DNA from: an uncultured Verrucomicrobiota bacterium | Lineage (GTDB): Bacteria; Verrucomicrobiota; Verrucomicrobiia; Limisphaerales; MWDV01 | Direction: 5' to 3' | Assembly: GCA_964548925.1 (NCBI GenBank) | Contig: CAZJTM010000003.1 | Coordinates: 16,155 to 80,154, forward strand | Length of the DNA: 64,000 bases | In this document: positions 54,127 through 63,602 of the stretch, piece after piece | Layout: each line of letters starts with the position of its first letter | Numbering within the stretch: position 1 is the stretch's first letter | Notes under the pieces: model-generated | Database searches by the model: none | What the model saw: only the letters and a program-made list of their open reading frames with translations | Told to the model about the DNA's origin: nothing | Program-made: the position numbers and the translations under genes

Positions 54127-55533
54127 TCAGGGCTTCAGTCCCAGAAACCGCTCCGCGTTGCCGTAGCAGATATTGCGGAGCATCGGGCCGAGCAGCGTCT
54201 CTTCCCCCGGCAGTTCGTTGTTTTCCACATCCCGCCCGATGAGGTTGCACAGCACGCGGCGGAAATACTCGTGGCGCGGATACGACATGAAGGAGCGCGA
54301 ATCGGTGACCATCCCGACGAACCGCGAAAGCAGGCCGAGGTTGGACAGCGCGTTGAGCTGCCACTCCATGCCTTCCTTTTGGTCGAGAAACCACCAGCCG
54401 CTGCCGAGCTGCAGCTTGCCCGGGATCGTGCCGTCCTGAAAATTGCCCAGCATCGTGGCAAAGGCGTAGTTGTCCGCCGGGTTCAAGTTGTAGAGAATCG
54501 TGCGCGGCAGCGCGTTCTCGGAATCGAGCCGGTCCAGGAACGCCGCCAACGAGCGGGTCTGCGGAAAGTCGCCGACGGAATCGAAGCCCGTGTCCGGGCC
54601 GAGTTGCTTCAGCAGGCGTGAGTTGTTGTTCCGCTGCGCGCCGAGGTGAAGCTGCATCACCCAACCCTTCTGCGCGTTGAGCCGGCCCACGAAGAGCAGG
54701 ATGAACGTGGCGAACTGATCGCGCTCTTTGGGCGAAACCGGCTTGCCGGCCCGGGCCTTGCGGAAGATCGCTTTCGCCTCGGCATCGGTGCAGAAGTCGG
54801 CGACGGCCTGCTCCAACCCGTGGTCCGTCATGCGCGCGCCCATCTCGGCGAAAAAATCGTGGCGGCGCTTCAACGCGTCGAGCAGCGCGTCGAGCGACCG
54901 GATGTCCACGTCCGCTGCGGCGGCCAGCTTGTCCACCCAGGCATTCCACGCCTCGGGCTGGTGGATGGCGAGCGCCCGGTCAGGCCGGAACGTGGGCAGG
55001 ACCTTCGTCTCCAACGTGGACCGGGCGAGGAGCGCGTGGGGTTTCAGGTCGTCGGTCGGATCATCGGTGGTGCCGACGACCTTGACCTTGAACCGCTTGA
55101 GGAGGCCCTGCGCGGTGAACTCCGGCAGAGCGAGTTTGGCGTTCGCGCGCTCCCAGATGTTCTTCGCCGTGCGCTCGTCGAGGAGGTCGTTGATGCCGAA
55201 ATAGCGCTTCAGTTCCAAATGAGTCCAATGATAGAGCGGATTGCGGAGCGTGTGCGGCACGGTCCGCGCCCAAGCCATGAATTTCTCGAACGGCTCGGCG
55301 TCGCCGGTGCAGAACCGTTCGGGCACCCCGTTGGACCGCATGGCGCGCCATTTGTAGTGGTCGCCTTCGAGCCAGATTTCGAACAGGTTGTTGAAACGGC
55401 GATTCTCCGCGAGGTCCTTGGGGGGCAGGTGGCAATGATAATCACAGATGGGTTCGGCCTCGACGAACCGGTGATAAAGCCGGCGGGCGGTGCGGGTGTG
55501 GAGCAGGAAGTTATCGTAGATGAACGGCTTCAT
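54127..55533 (-). CDS. uxaC: Glucuronate isomerase
   Basis: MKPFIYDNFLLHTRTARRLYH..PICDYHCHLPPKDLAENRRF..LEGDHYKWRAMR. ATG 55533 is preferred over the track start. Confidence 0.92.
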   Translation of the reverse strand: MKPFIYDNFLLHTRTARRLYHRFVEAEPICDYHCHLPPKDLAENRRFNNLFEIWLEGDHYKWRAMRSNGVPERFCTGDAEPFEKFMAWARTVPHTLRNPLYHWTHLELKRYFGINDLLDERTAKNIWERANAKLALPEFTAQGLLKRFKVKVVGTTDDPTDDLKPHALLARSTLETKVLPTFRPDRALAIHQPEAWNAWVDKLAAAADVDIRSLDALLDALKRRHDFFAEMGARMTDHGLEQAVADFCTDAEAKAIFRKARAGKPVSPKERDQFATFILLFVGRLNAQKGWVMQLHLGAQRNNNSRLLKQLGPDTGFDSVGDFPQTRSLAAFLDRLDSENALPRTILYNLNPADNYAFATMLGNFQDGTIPGKLQLGSGWWFLDQKEGMEWQLNALSNLGLLSRFVGMVTDSRSFMSYPRHEYFRRVLCNLIGRDVENNELPGEETLLGPMLRNICYGNAERFLGLKP

Positions 55534-56495
55534 GCGCCCAGCAAACCGGAATGTCCCGCCCGGAGGCAAGCCGCATTTCGCCGGCGGTGGGGGTGGGGTT
55601 TGGAAATCCATAACCCGCCCGAAGCTGCGGCGGACCTTCCACTCCTTGCCAGACGCGAGGTGTCCGCGCCAGGATTTGGCGGCGGGGCGGCTACTTCACC
55701 GGCCGGCGAGGGGCTACACGACCCGAAGGGTGCATCTCAGCTTCTGGAGGGGACGTGGGCGGTGTGAGGGAAGAGGAGGGTTCAGCGTTCCTGGCGCCAG
55801 AAGGTTTCGCGGCACAGGAGGGCTTCGCGGCCCGTCGTACTCCAGAATTGCCCGGTCCGCTTGAAGCGGCACCGGCCCTGCCGACCGGGCGCTTCCACGG
55901 GACCGCTACCGATGGGTTCGCCCACTCGTCGTGCCGCGCGGCAGTTCGGCCGGGGTTGGGGTTTGTGGAAGTCGGCGACTTCCTTGGCCACGGCTTCCCG
56001 TGCGGGGCTCGCCGGCAAGCCGGCACGGGCCACGTCCAGTTGCAGGATGGTTTTCGCCGCGGACTCGTGCTTGAGCGAGTGCCCCAACGGGTTGCGCCAC
56101 GCCTTGAATGGCGCTTTCTCCTCGTCTCCCCAACGCCGTGTCCCCCGCGACGAGACGTTGCACGGCGTGATCCAGGTCCAAGTGTTGTTGCGCCTGCGGC
56201 CAACGGTCGGCGGCCCGCCGCCCAATCCACCCCGCGCTGTCGCCAGCTTACACAACCTTGTAAGAAACTGAGATGCGCGCAAATCAAGCTGTCCTGAAAA
56301 CTCACGTCAGCGGTGACGCGTGACGACTCGGGGGCGTGGGCCGTAGAGCTTGCATGCGCCCCAGCATTTTTCCATGCCGTGTGAACAATCTCCCACCAGG
56401 GGCGAACGGTTCCATCGGCGCGCCCGCGGGACGCATCTTCGGGGTTGAAAACGCCGCCGGTTGCGGCATCGTTGGCCTCAACCAAAGCTCTGACT

Positions 56496-57308
56496 ATGAA
56501 AACGTGGTTGCGCCAACGATTCTCCGCACTCGGCCTGTGGGCCTCTTTGTTCTTCTTCGTGGCGGGTTGCGCCATTGTGCCCGAGACCGGGCGCAAGCAA
56601 GTCATGCTGGTCTCCGGAGAACAGGAAACGCAACTCGGCCTGAGCAGTTTCAATCAGTTGAAGAAGGAGCAGCCGATCAGCAAGGACGCGGCGGCAACCG
56701 CCCTCGTGCAGAAGGTGGGTAAGCGCATCGCTGCCGTGGCCCCCCTGCCGAACGCCCAGTGGGAGTTCGTCTTGTTCGAGAGCCCGGAAGCCAATGCGTT
56801 CTGTCTGCCGGGCGGCAAAGTGGGCGTGTACACTGGGTTGCTGCCCATCACGCGCGACGAGGCCGGGCTGGCGACGGTCATCGGCCACGAGGTCGCCCAC
56901 GCCGTGGCGCATCACGGCGCGGAACGCATGAGCCAGGAGATGCTGCGGCAGACCGGCGGTCAATTGCTGGCGAGCGGCGTGTCCAATGCCGATCCGAGGG
57001 TCCAGGCGTTGGCCACGATGGCCTACGGTCTCGGCACGCAAATCGGCGCGATCCTGCCCTACAGCCGCCTGCACGAATCCGAGGCGGACAATATGGGGCT
57101 GACCTACATGGCGCGGGCGGGTTACGACCCGGAAGCAGCGGTGGCGTTCTGGCAGCGGTTTGCCCAACACAGCAAACAAAGCGGCGGCGCCTCCACCCCT
57201 GGCTTCTTGCGCACCCATCCGGTGGACGAAACCCGCATCAAGCAACTTCAGGAACTGATGCCGCGCGCCAAGGCGGAGTATCAAAAGGCCATCGGCGCCG
57301 CGCGCTAG
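56496..57308 (+). CDS. M48 family metallopeptidase lipoprotein (ATG 56496)
   Basis: Lipobox VAGC. Zinc motif VIGHEVAHAVAHH, plus a downstream SRLHESEAD. Confidence 0.85.
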   Translation: MKTWLRQRFSALGLWASLFFFVAGCAIVPETGRKQVMLVSGEQETQLGLSSFNQLKKEQPISKDAAATALVQKVGKRIAAVAPLPNAQWEFVLFESPEANAFCLPGGKVGVYTGLLPITRDEAGLATVIGHEVAHAVAHHGAERMSQEMLRQTGGQLLASGVSNADPRVQALATMAYGLGTQIGAILPYSRLHESEADNMGLTYMARAGYDPEAAVAFWQRFAQHSKQSGGASTPGFLRTHPVDETRIKQLQELMPRAKAEYQKAIGAAR

Positions 57309-58078
57309 ATTGTTGCCGCAGTCGCCTGTTCCTGATTTGCCGCCCAGGTCAACCGCAGCCCCTCCAGTGTCAGCAACGGATCCACGACCGCGATCTCCGG
57401 CAGCTTCGCTGCCATGAGTTTCGCGTAGCCGCCGGTGGCCACCACGGGCAGCCGCCTGGCGTTCAACTCCCGTTTCAATTCCAGGAGCAATTCGCGGATC
57501 AAGCCGCGATAGCCATGCACCGCGCCCACCAGCATCGCTTCCTCCGTGCTTCGGCCAATGGCGCGGTTGAACTCCCGAATCCGGATGCGCGGGAGCAGCG
57601 CTGTCTTGTCATGCAGATAATCGGTCATGGCCGCCAGCCCGGGCGCAATGATGCCGCCGACGTAATTGCCGCGGCGATCCACCACGTCGAGCGTGACGGC
57701 CGTGCCGAAATCCAGCACCACGACCGGCGCGCCGAAGCGATGCCGCGCGGCAACGGCGTTGGCCAGACGGTCCGGACCGATGGTGTCCGGCTTGGGATAG
57801 TCAAGGCCCACGCCGCGCAAGGTTCGCGGGGTGAGCTCGAGACAAGGCAGTCCGCACAGCCCGCGTACGGCGCGCTGGACCCGCGGGGTGGCGCGCGGCA
57901 CCACGCTGCAAAGCGCCGCGCCATCCACGGAAACAGTCTTCACCAGGCGTGCCAGGCGTGCCCGTGCTTGGCCGCCAAACCACGCGGCGGTGGGGATGTC
58001 GGTTTGTCGAACCACGCGGTAGGCGTTCGCCAGGCCAACGTGGGTGTTTGTGTTGCCGATGTCGAAGAGCAGGATCAT
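57305..58078 (-). CDS. coaX: Type III pantothenate kinase (ATG 58078 preferred)
   Basis: MILLFDIGNTNTHVGLAN, VVLDFGTAVTLDVV and GGIIAPG. The upstream 41 track codons translate the heptamer repeat. Confidence 0.9.
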   Translation of the reverse strand: MILLFDIGNTNTHVGLANAYRVVRQTDIPTAAWFGGQARARLARLVKTVSVDGAALCSVVPRATPRVQRAVRGLCGLPCLELTPRTLRGVGLDYPKPDTIGPDRLANAVAARHRFGAPVVVLDFGTAVTLDVVDRRGNYVGGIIAPGLAAMTDYLHDKTALLPRIRIREFNRAIGRSTEEAMLVGAVHGYRGLIRELLLELKRELNARRLPVVATGGYAKLMAAKLPEIAVVDPLLTLEGLRLTWAANQEQATAATI

Positions 58079-58083
58079 GGGGA

Positions 58084-58256
58084 CAAATCCGAAATCCGAA
58101 ATCCGAAATCCAAAACAACACCGAAGCTCGAAACCCGAAACCGCCGCTGTTCCATGCCCGGGAAGTGAGTCGGGCGGGTGGCAGTCGCTCCGACCGTCCA
58201 CCGTCGGTTTTCGGAATCCAGGATTCTCTTGGAGTTCGGGTTTCGGATTTTGAATT
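58084..58256. repeat. Palindromic element built on ccgaaat heptamers (family F) between birA and coaX
   Basis: Left arm caaatccgaaatccgaaatccgaaatccaaaac..gctcgaaacccgaaacc. Right arm ggttttcggaatcc..gagttcgggtttcggattttgaatttc. The right arm ends at the birA stop codon. Confidence 0.85.
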
Positions 58257-59237
58257 TCACTTTTCCACCGTTACATCCCCGCCGACGATATGTTCGATGA
58301 CACCGTGCTCGGTGCGCAACAGGAGCGCGCCGTCGTCATCCAACGCCTCAGCCCGGCCCCGCACGCGGCGCTCGCCCACGCCGATGGTCACGTGCTGGCC
58401 CAGCGTGGCGCAGTGCGCCGCCCACTCGTCCGCGATGGCGGCAAACTCCCCGGCGCGCAAACGCGCGTAATCGCGGTCCAACTCGCGCAGGATTCCTGCG
58501 GCCAACGCTGGCCGAGCGACGGCGTGGCCGGCTTCGGCCTTGAGCGAGGTTGCCAGCCGGCGCAACTCCGCGGGGAACTCGTTGGCCGCCAGGTTCACAT
58601 CCACGCCGATGCCGAGGATGACGTGTTTTATCCGATCCAACTCAGCACTCAATTCGGTGAGAATGCCGGCGACCTTCCGTCCGCGCAGCAAGATGTCGTT
58701 CGGCCACTTGATGTCGGGGCTCAGGCCGGTTTCCTGGTGAATGGCCCGACGGAGCGCGGTGGCGGCGGTAAGCGTTAGTTGCGTAGCTTGTTGTGGACGC
58801 AACTCCGGGCGCAGGAGCACGGAGAACCAGAGTCCCTTGCCCGGCGGCGAAAGCCACCGGCGCCCCAGCCGGCCGCGGCCTTTGGTTTGCGACTCCGCGA
58901 ACACCACCACGCCCTCCCCCACGCCGTCCCGGCCCAGCTTCTCGATCACGTCGTTGGTCGAGGTGGTTTCCGCAAACACGCGGATGTCGCGTCCGATCAC
59001 ACGGGCCGCCTCCAGGCGCGTGAGCAAGTCGTCGGCGTGCAACACGTCCGGCGTGCCCACCAAGCGATACCCGGCATGCGGGCTGGCCTCGATCTCGTAG
59101 CCCAGCCGCCGTAATTCCTCGACGCGCGCCCAAATGGCGGCCCGCGTGAGACCGAGCCGCTGCGAAAGCTCCGCGCCCGACACCGTGCCCTCGCCCGCCG
59201 CCCGCAGCGCCGCGAGAATCTGCGCGTCTGTCGTCAT
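58257..59237 (-). CDS. birA: Bifunctional biotin-protein ligase / bio operon repressor BirA
   Basis: N-terminal wHTH (VSGAELSQRLGLTRAAIWARVEELRRLGYEI). Biotin ligase motif QTKGRGRLGRRW. Confidence 0.9.
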   Translation of the reverse strand: MTTDAQILAALRAAGEGTVSGAELSQRLGLTRAAIWARVEELRRLGYEIEASPHAGYRLVGTPDVLHADDLLTRLEAARVIGRDIRVFAETTSTNDVIEKLGRDGVGEGVVVFAESQTKGRGRLGRRWLSPPGKGLWFSVLLRPELRPQQATQLTLTAATALRRAIHQETGLSPDIKWPNDILLRGRKVAGILTELSAELDRIKHVILGIGVDVNLAANEFPAELRRLATSLKAEAGHAVARPALAAGILRELDRDYARLRAGEFAAIADEWAAHCATLGQHVTIGVGERRVRGRAEALDDDGALLLRTEHGVIEHIVGGDVTVEK

Positions 59238-60085
59238 GCGAAATCCAGCCCGAGGTCCACCGCCGGCGCCGAGTGGGTCAGCGCCCCGACGGAAATGTAA
59301 TCCACCCCGGTTGCGGCGATGGCGCGAACCGTTTTCAAATTCACCCCGCCGCTGGCCTCGGTTTTGGCCCGACCGCCGATTAGCTTCACCGCCTGGCGCA
59401 ACTGCGCCGGCGGCATGTTGTCGAGCAGGATGAGGTCCGCGCCCGCCGCCACCGCTTGGGCGACCTGCTCCAGCGTGTCCGCCTCAACTTCGATTCTGAG
59501 CTTTGGAAACTGCCTTCGCGCGCGGGCAACGGCGGCGGCGATAGCGTTTGGCTTGGCCTCGCGCAGGGCGGCAAGGTGGTTGTCCTTGATGAGCACCATG
59601 TCGAACAGCCCAAGGCGGTGGTTCTGTCCGCCGCCACACCTCACAGCGTATTTCTCGAACCGCCGCCAGCCGGGCGTGGTCTTGCGCGTGTCGAGGATTT
59701 GCGCCCGTGTGCCCTTCACCGCCTCTACAAACCGGGCCGTCAACGTAGCCACGCCGGAGAGGCGCTGAACGAAATTCAGTGCGACGCGCTCCGCGCCCAA
59801 CAACGCGCGAGCCGGGCCGGAGACCTCCAACACCTCCTGGCCCGCCTCGACGCGTTGGCCATCCCGGGCGCGGCGCTTGATTCTCACAGCGGGCGAAAGT
59901 TGGCGGAACGCGCTCTCCGCAAATGCCAACCCCGCCACGACGACCGGCTCCCGGGCGCGCATCGTTGCCAAGGCTCTGGCGGCGCGCGGCACGGTGGCCA
60001 GCGTCGTGACATCGCCACGACCGATGTCCTCGGCCAGAGCGGCGCGGACGGCACGGCGCACCTCAACACTGTTGAGCGGCTGCAT
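59234..60085 (-). CDS. nadC: Nicotinate-nucleotide pyrophosphorylase (quinolinate phosphoribosyltransferase)
   Basis: 283 aa. Motifs LDTRKTTPGWR, GGGQNHRLGLFD, ILLDNM and SGGV. 4-nt overlap with birA. Confidence 0.9.
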   Translation of the reverse strand: MQPLNSVEVRRAVRAALAEDIGRGDVTTLATVPRAARALATMRAREPVVVAGLAFAESAFRQLSPAVRIKRRARDGQRVEAGQEVLEVSGPARALLGAERVALNFVQRLSGVATLTARFVEAVKGTRAQILDTRKTTPGWRRFEKYAVRCGGGQNHRLGLFDMVLIKDNHLAALREAKPNAIAAAVARARRQFPKLRIEVEADTLEQVAQAVAAGADLILLDNMPPAQLRQAVKLIGGRAKTEASGGVNLKTVRAIAATGVDYISVGALTHSAPAVDLGLDFA

Positions 60086-60250
60086 GGTCGCAGCATGTCG
60101 TCAACAACTGGCTCAAGAAAGAAAAATTGAGGCATTATTCCACACAGTTTTTTCCTTTGACACCGGGCTGCTTTGCGAGTGCCATTTGGCGGAAACGAAA
60201 ACGCAATGCCCGTCCACAAGGCGGGCCGAATTCTGAAATCTGTAATAGCC

Positions 60251-61129
60251 ATGTTCTCATCGCATACCATCATTCGCTCGTTCAGCCTCGCCGCCGCCAG
60301 CCTCGCCGTCACCCTGGCCGCCACGGCCGAAACCAAGATTCCCGACGAATTCAAGACCGGCGGATTCGCCATCGGCTGCCAAGCCTACACCTTCAACCGG
60401 TTCACGGCCTTCGAGGCCATTGAGAAGTGCGCCCAAGCGGGCGGCAAGGTCATCGAGTTCTACCCGGGCCAGAAACTCAGCAAGGAAGAGCCGGGGTTGA
60501 GCGTGGATCACAATTCCCCGCAAGTGGACACCATCATCGCCAAGCTTCAGGCCAAGCTGGCTCAGCACAAGATGAAGGCAGTGAATTACGGTGTGGTGGG
60601 CGTGCCCGCGGATGAAGCGGGCGCCCGCAAGGTGTTCGAGTTCGCGAAGAAGATGGGCATGCGGGCCATCAGCACCGAATCGGTGGAGGCCATCAACACC
60701 ATCGAGAAACTGGTCAAGGAATACGACATCTGTGTGGGCTATCACAATCACCCGGGCAGCTTCAGCCAGCCCGACTACAAGGTCTGGAATCCGTATTTCA
60801 TTGCCGGCTTGGTGGCGGGACGCGATCCGCGCATTGGTGCGGCGGCCGACACCGGCCACTGGTGTACGTCCAAGCTCACGCCGGTCGAATGCCTGCGGGT
60901 CCTCAAGGGCCGGATCATCAGTGTTCACCTCAAAGACAAGAAGGAGTTCGGCCAGAGCCACGATGTGCCTTACGGCGAAGGCGTGGCTGACATCAAAGGT
61001 TGCCTGGATGAGCTCAAGGCGCAGGGGTTTGAGGGCAACATTTCGATCGAATATGAATACAACTGGGACAACAACGTCCCAGAGGTGACGAAGTGCATTG
61101 ACTTCGTCCGCAATTACGGCGGGAAGTAG
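60251..61129 (+). CDS. Xylose isomerase-like TIM-barrel (sugar phosphate isomerase/epimerase) protein with signal peptide (ATG 60251)
   Basis: Signal peptide SLAAASLAVTLAATAE. Motifs GYHNHPGSF, DTGHW, HLKD and ISIEYE. Confidence 0.75.
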   Translation: MFSSHTIIRSFSLAAASLAVTLAATAETKIPDEFKTGGFAIGCQAYTFNRFTAFEAIEKCAQAGGKVIEFYPGQKLSKEEPGLSVDHNSPQVDTIIAKLQAKLAQHKMKAVNYGVVGVPADEAGARKVFEFAKKMGMRAISTESVEAINTIEKLVKEYDICVGYHNHPGSFSQPDYKVWNPYFIAGLVAGRDPRIGAAADTGHWCTSKLTPVECLRVLKGRIISVHLKDKKEFGQSHDVPYGEGVADIKGCLDELKAQGFEGNISIEYEYNWDNNVPEVTKCIDFVRNYGGK

Positions 61130-61294
61130 CCTTCGCCGAGGCGGTACGCGGCGGCGGTCCGGAGGCGATGTGCCCGGTTCATCCGGGCGACATCGTGAGG
61201 CTGGACGTGCCGTCTGTCATTCCGCTCGACGAACACCTGGCCGCCGCATATTCTTGCGTGCCAGTGATCCGGCGGCCCGCGGGGCCGCGCCAAT

Positions 61295-62701
61295 ATGACC
61301 ATAGCAACAACCATGAAAACCAGTTCCTTGACTCGTCGTCAGTTTCTTAAACGCACCTCGCTCGCGGCCAGCGTCGCGGGCCTCAGCTTCCCCTTCGTCG
61401 GCCGCGTGCTCGGCGCCAACGAGAAGATCCGTGTCGCCTGCATCGGCGTCGGTGGCAAGGGAGACAGCGACAGCAGTGATGCCGCAAGATGCGGGGGCGA
61501 GATCATCGCTCTCTGCGACGTGGACCAGCGCACCCTCGACAAGAAGGGCCAGCAGTTCCCACAAGCGAAGAAGTATCGCGACTACCGCAAGCTTTTGGAC
61601 GAGGTGGGCAAGGACATTGACGCCGTCACCGTTTCAACGCCCGACCACAATCATGGCGTGGCCGCCATCCGCGCCATGAAGATGGGCAAGCACTGCTTCT
61701 GCCAGAAGCCGCTGGTGCAGAACGTGGAGGAAGCCCGCATCATGCGGAAGCTGGCGAACGAAAAGAAGCTCGCCACTCAGATGGGCAACCAGGGTAGCGC
61801 CGAGAACGGCCTGCGTCGCGCGGTGGAAGTCATTCAGGCCGGGGTGATCGGCAAGCCGCTCGAACTTCATGTCTGGAGCAACCGCCCAGTGTGGGCGCAA
61901 GGCTACGACCGCCCCGCCGGAAGCGATCCCGTGCCGGATTACCTGGATTGGGATTGCTGGCTCGGACCGGCCGCCAACCGTCCCTACAAGAAGGATGTCT
62001 ATCACACCTTCCAATGGCGCGGTTGGTATGAGTTCGGCACGGGCGCGCTCGGCGACATGGCCTGTCACACTGTCAACATGCCGTTCCGCGCGTTGAAGCT
62101 GGGCTACCCCAACGTGGTCGAGTGCGAACTCGCCTCGCGCGTCTATCCCGAAACCTTCCCGAAGACCTCGCGCATCCGGTTCGAGTTCCCCGAGCGCGAG
62201 GGCCTGCCGCCGCTCAAGTTCTGGTGGTACGACGGCAACCCCGGCGACGCGCTCAAGCCGTTGCGTCCAGACGCTGAGACGACCAAGGAAATCCTGTCGA
62301 CCATGGGCACGCTGCCCGGCTCGGGCGCGCTCATCATCGGCGAGAAGGGCAAGCTGTTCTCGCCGGACGACTACGGCGCCCGGTTCTACGTGGCGATGAA
62401 GGGCAAGGAAGAAATGGTCCAAGGCGACAAGGACGAGGCCTGCAAGGCGGTGACGGAATCCATCCCACGCTCGCCCGGTCACATGCAGGAATGGTTCCGC
62501 ATGATGAAGGAAGGCACGCCCGCCTACTCCAACTTCGACATCGCGGCCTACCTGACGGAGATCATCCTCCTTGGCTGTATCGCGCTGCGTGTGGGCGAAG
62601 GCCGCCGCATGGAATGGGACGGCCCGAATATGAAGTCCACCAACCTGCCGGAAGCCGCGCAGTTTGTGAAACGCGCCAACCGGAAAGGGTGGGAGGCGTA
62701 A
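61295..62701 (+). CDS. Gfo/Idh/MocA family oxidoreductase with TAT signal
   Basis: Twin-arginine motif LTRRQFLKRTSLAASVAG. Rossmann segment IRVACIGVGGKG. Also VSTPDHNH. ATG at 61295 or 61313. Confidence 0.85.
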   Translation: MTIATTMKTSSLTRRQFLKRTSLAASVAGLSFPFVGRVLGANEKIRVACIGVGGKGDSDSSDAARCGGEIIALCDVDQRTLDKKGQQFPQAKKYRDYRKLLDEVGKDIDAVTVSTPDHNHGVAAIRAMKMGKHCFCQKPLVQNVEEARIMRKLANEKKLATQMGNQGSAENGLRRAVEVIQAGVIGKPLELHVWSNRPVWAQGYDRPAGSDPVPDYLDWDCWLGPAANRPYKKDVYHTFQWRGWYEFGTGALGDMACHTVNMPFRALKLGYPNVVECELASRVYPETFPKTSRIRFEFPEREGLPPLKFWWYDGNPGDALKPLRPDAETTKEILSTMGTLPGSGALIIGEKGKLFSPDDYGARFYVAMKGKEEMVQGDKDEACKAVTESIPRSPGHMQEWFRMMKEGTPAYSNFDIAAYLTEIILLGCIALRVGEGRRMEWDGPNMKSTNLPEAAQFVKRANRKGWEA

Positions 62702-62861
62702 AACTGGCGACACCCTGACTGGCTTTGCCGGTCGGGATTCGGAGAAATTCATCAAACTGCCGGTCCGGGTGACCCCGGGCCGGCAGTTTGCGTTTTTGCC
62801 GAGCCTGTGTTCGCTGGAAACTGCTTCTCGCAATGCACTGTTTCTGCCAGCATCGCACGCA

Positions 62862-63581
62862 ATGAGAAACCGGATTCAAATGCGCTGGCTTGCCCCTCTG
62901 CTCCTCACCTGGGTCCTCACCCCGCTTGATTGTACGGTTGCCGTGGAAACGAATGCCCCACCCCACGCGCGGTGGGAGAAGGACATAGCGGCTTTCGAGG
63001 CGGCGGACAAGACCAACCCACCGCCCACCGGCGCCGTCGTGTTCGTGGGCAGTTCGAGCATCCGGCTCTGGAAGATGGCTGCGGAACAGTTCCCCAGTCA
63101 CCGGATCATCAACCGCGGCTTTGGGGGCTCGCATCTCTCCGATTCCGTGGCGTTTGCCGGGCGGATCGTGATCCCCTACCGGCCAAAGCTTGTTGTGCTC
63201 TACGCGGGAGATAACGACATCGCCTCGGGCAAGACGCCGGAGCAGGTGCGCGATGATTTCAAGGCCTTCGTGGCGAAAGTGCGGGAGGCCCTGCCCGAAA
63301 CCCGGGTCGCCTACCTCGCCATCAAGCCCAGCTCTTCCCGGCTGAAGTTTTTCGACCGGCACAAGGCGACGAACGACCTCATCCGCGAAGTCATCGCCAC
63401 CGATCCCAAGCTCATCTACGTGGATACCTGGACACCGATCCTCGATGCCGAGGGGAAACCGCGCGACGAGTTTTTCCTCCCGGACCGCCTGCACCTGAAT
63501 GACGCGGGCTACAAACTGTGGGCTGGCATTGTAGGCCCGGTGCTCGACAAATTCGTCCCGCCAAGCCCGGAGAGCCGGTAA
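62862..63581 (+). CDS. SGNH/GDSL-type hydrolase (ATG 62862)
   Basis: Block I VVFVGSSSI. Block II GFGGS. Block III YAGDNDI. Block V DRLHLNDAGY. Confidence 0.85.
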   Translation: MRNRIQMRWLAPLLLTWVLTPLDCTVAVETNAPPHARWEKDIAAFEAADKTNPPPTGAVVFVGSSSIRLWKMAAEQFPSHRIINRGFGGSHLSDSVAFAGRIVIPYRPKLVVLYAGDNDIASGKTPEQVRDDFKAFVAKVREALPETRVAYLAIKPSSSRLKFFDRHKATNDLIREVIATDPKLIYVDTWTPILDAEGKPRDEFFLPDRLHLNDAGYKLWAGIVGPVLDKFVPPSPESR

Positions 63582-63602
63582 CGGCGGGAAGAAAGACGAG
63601 AC

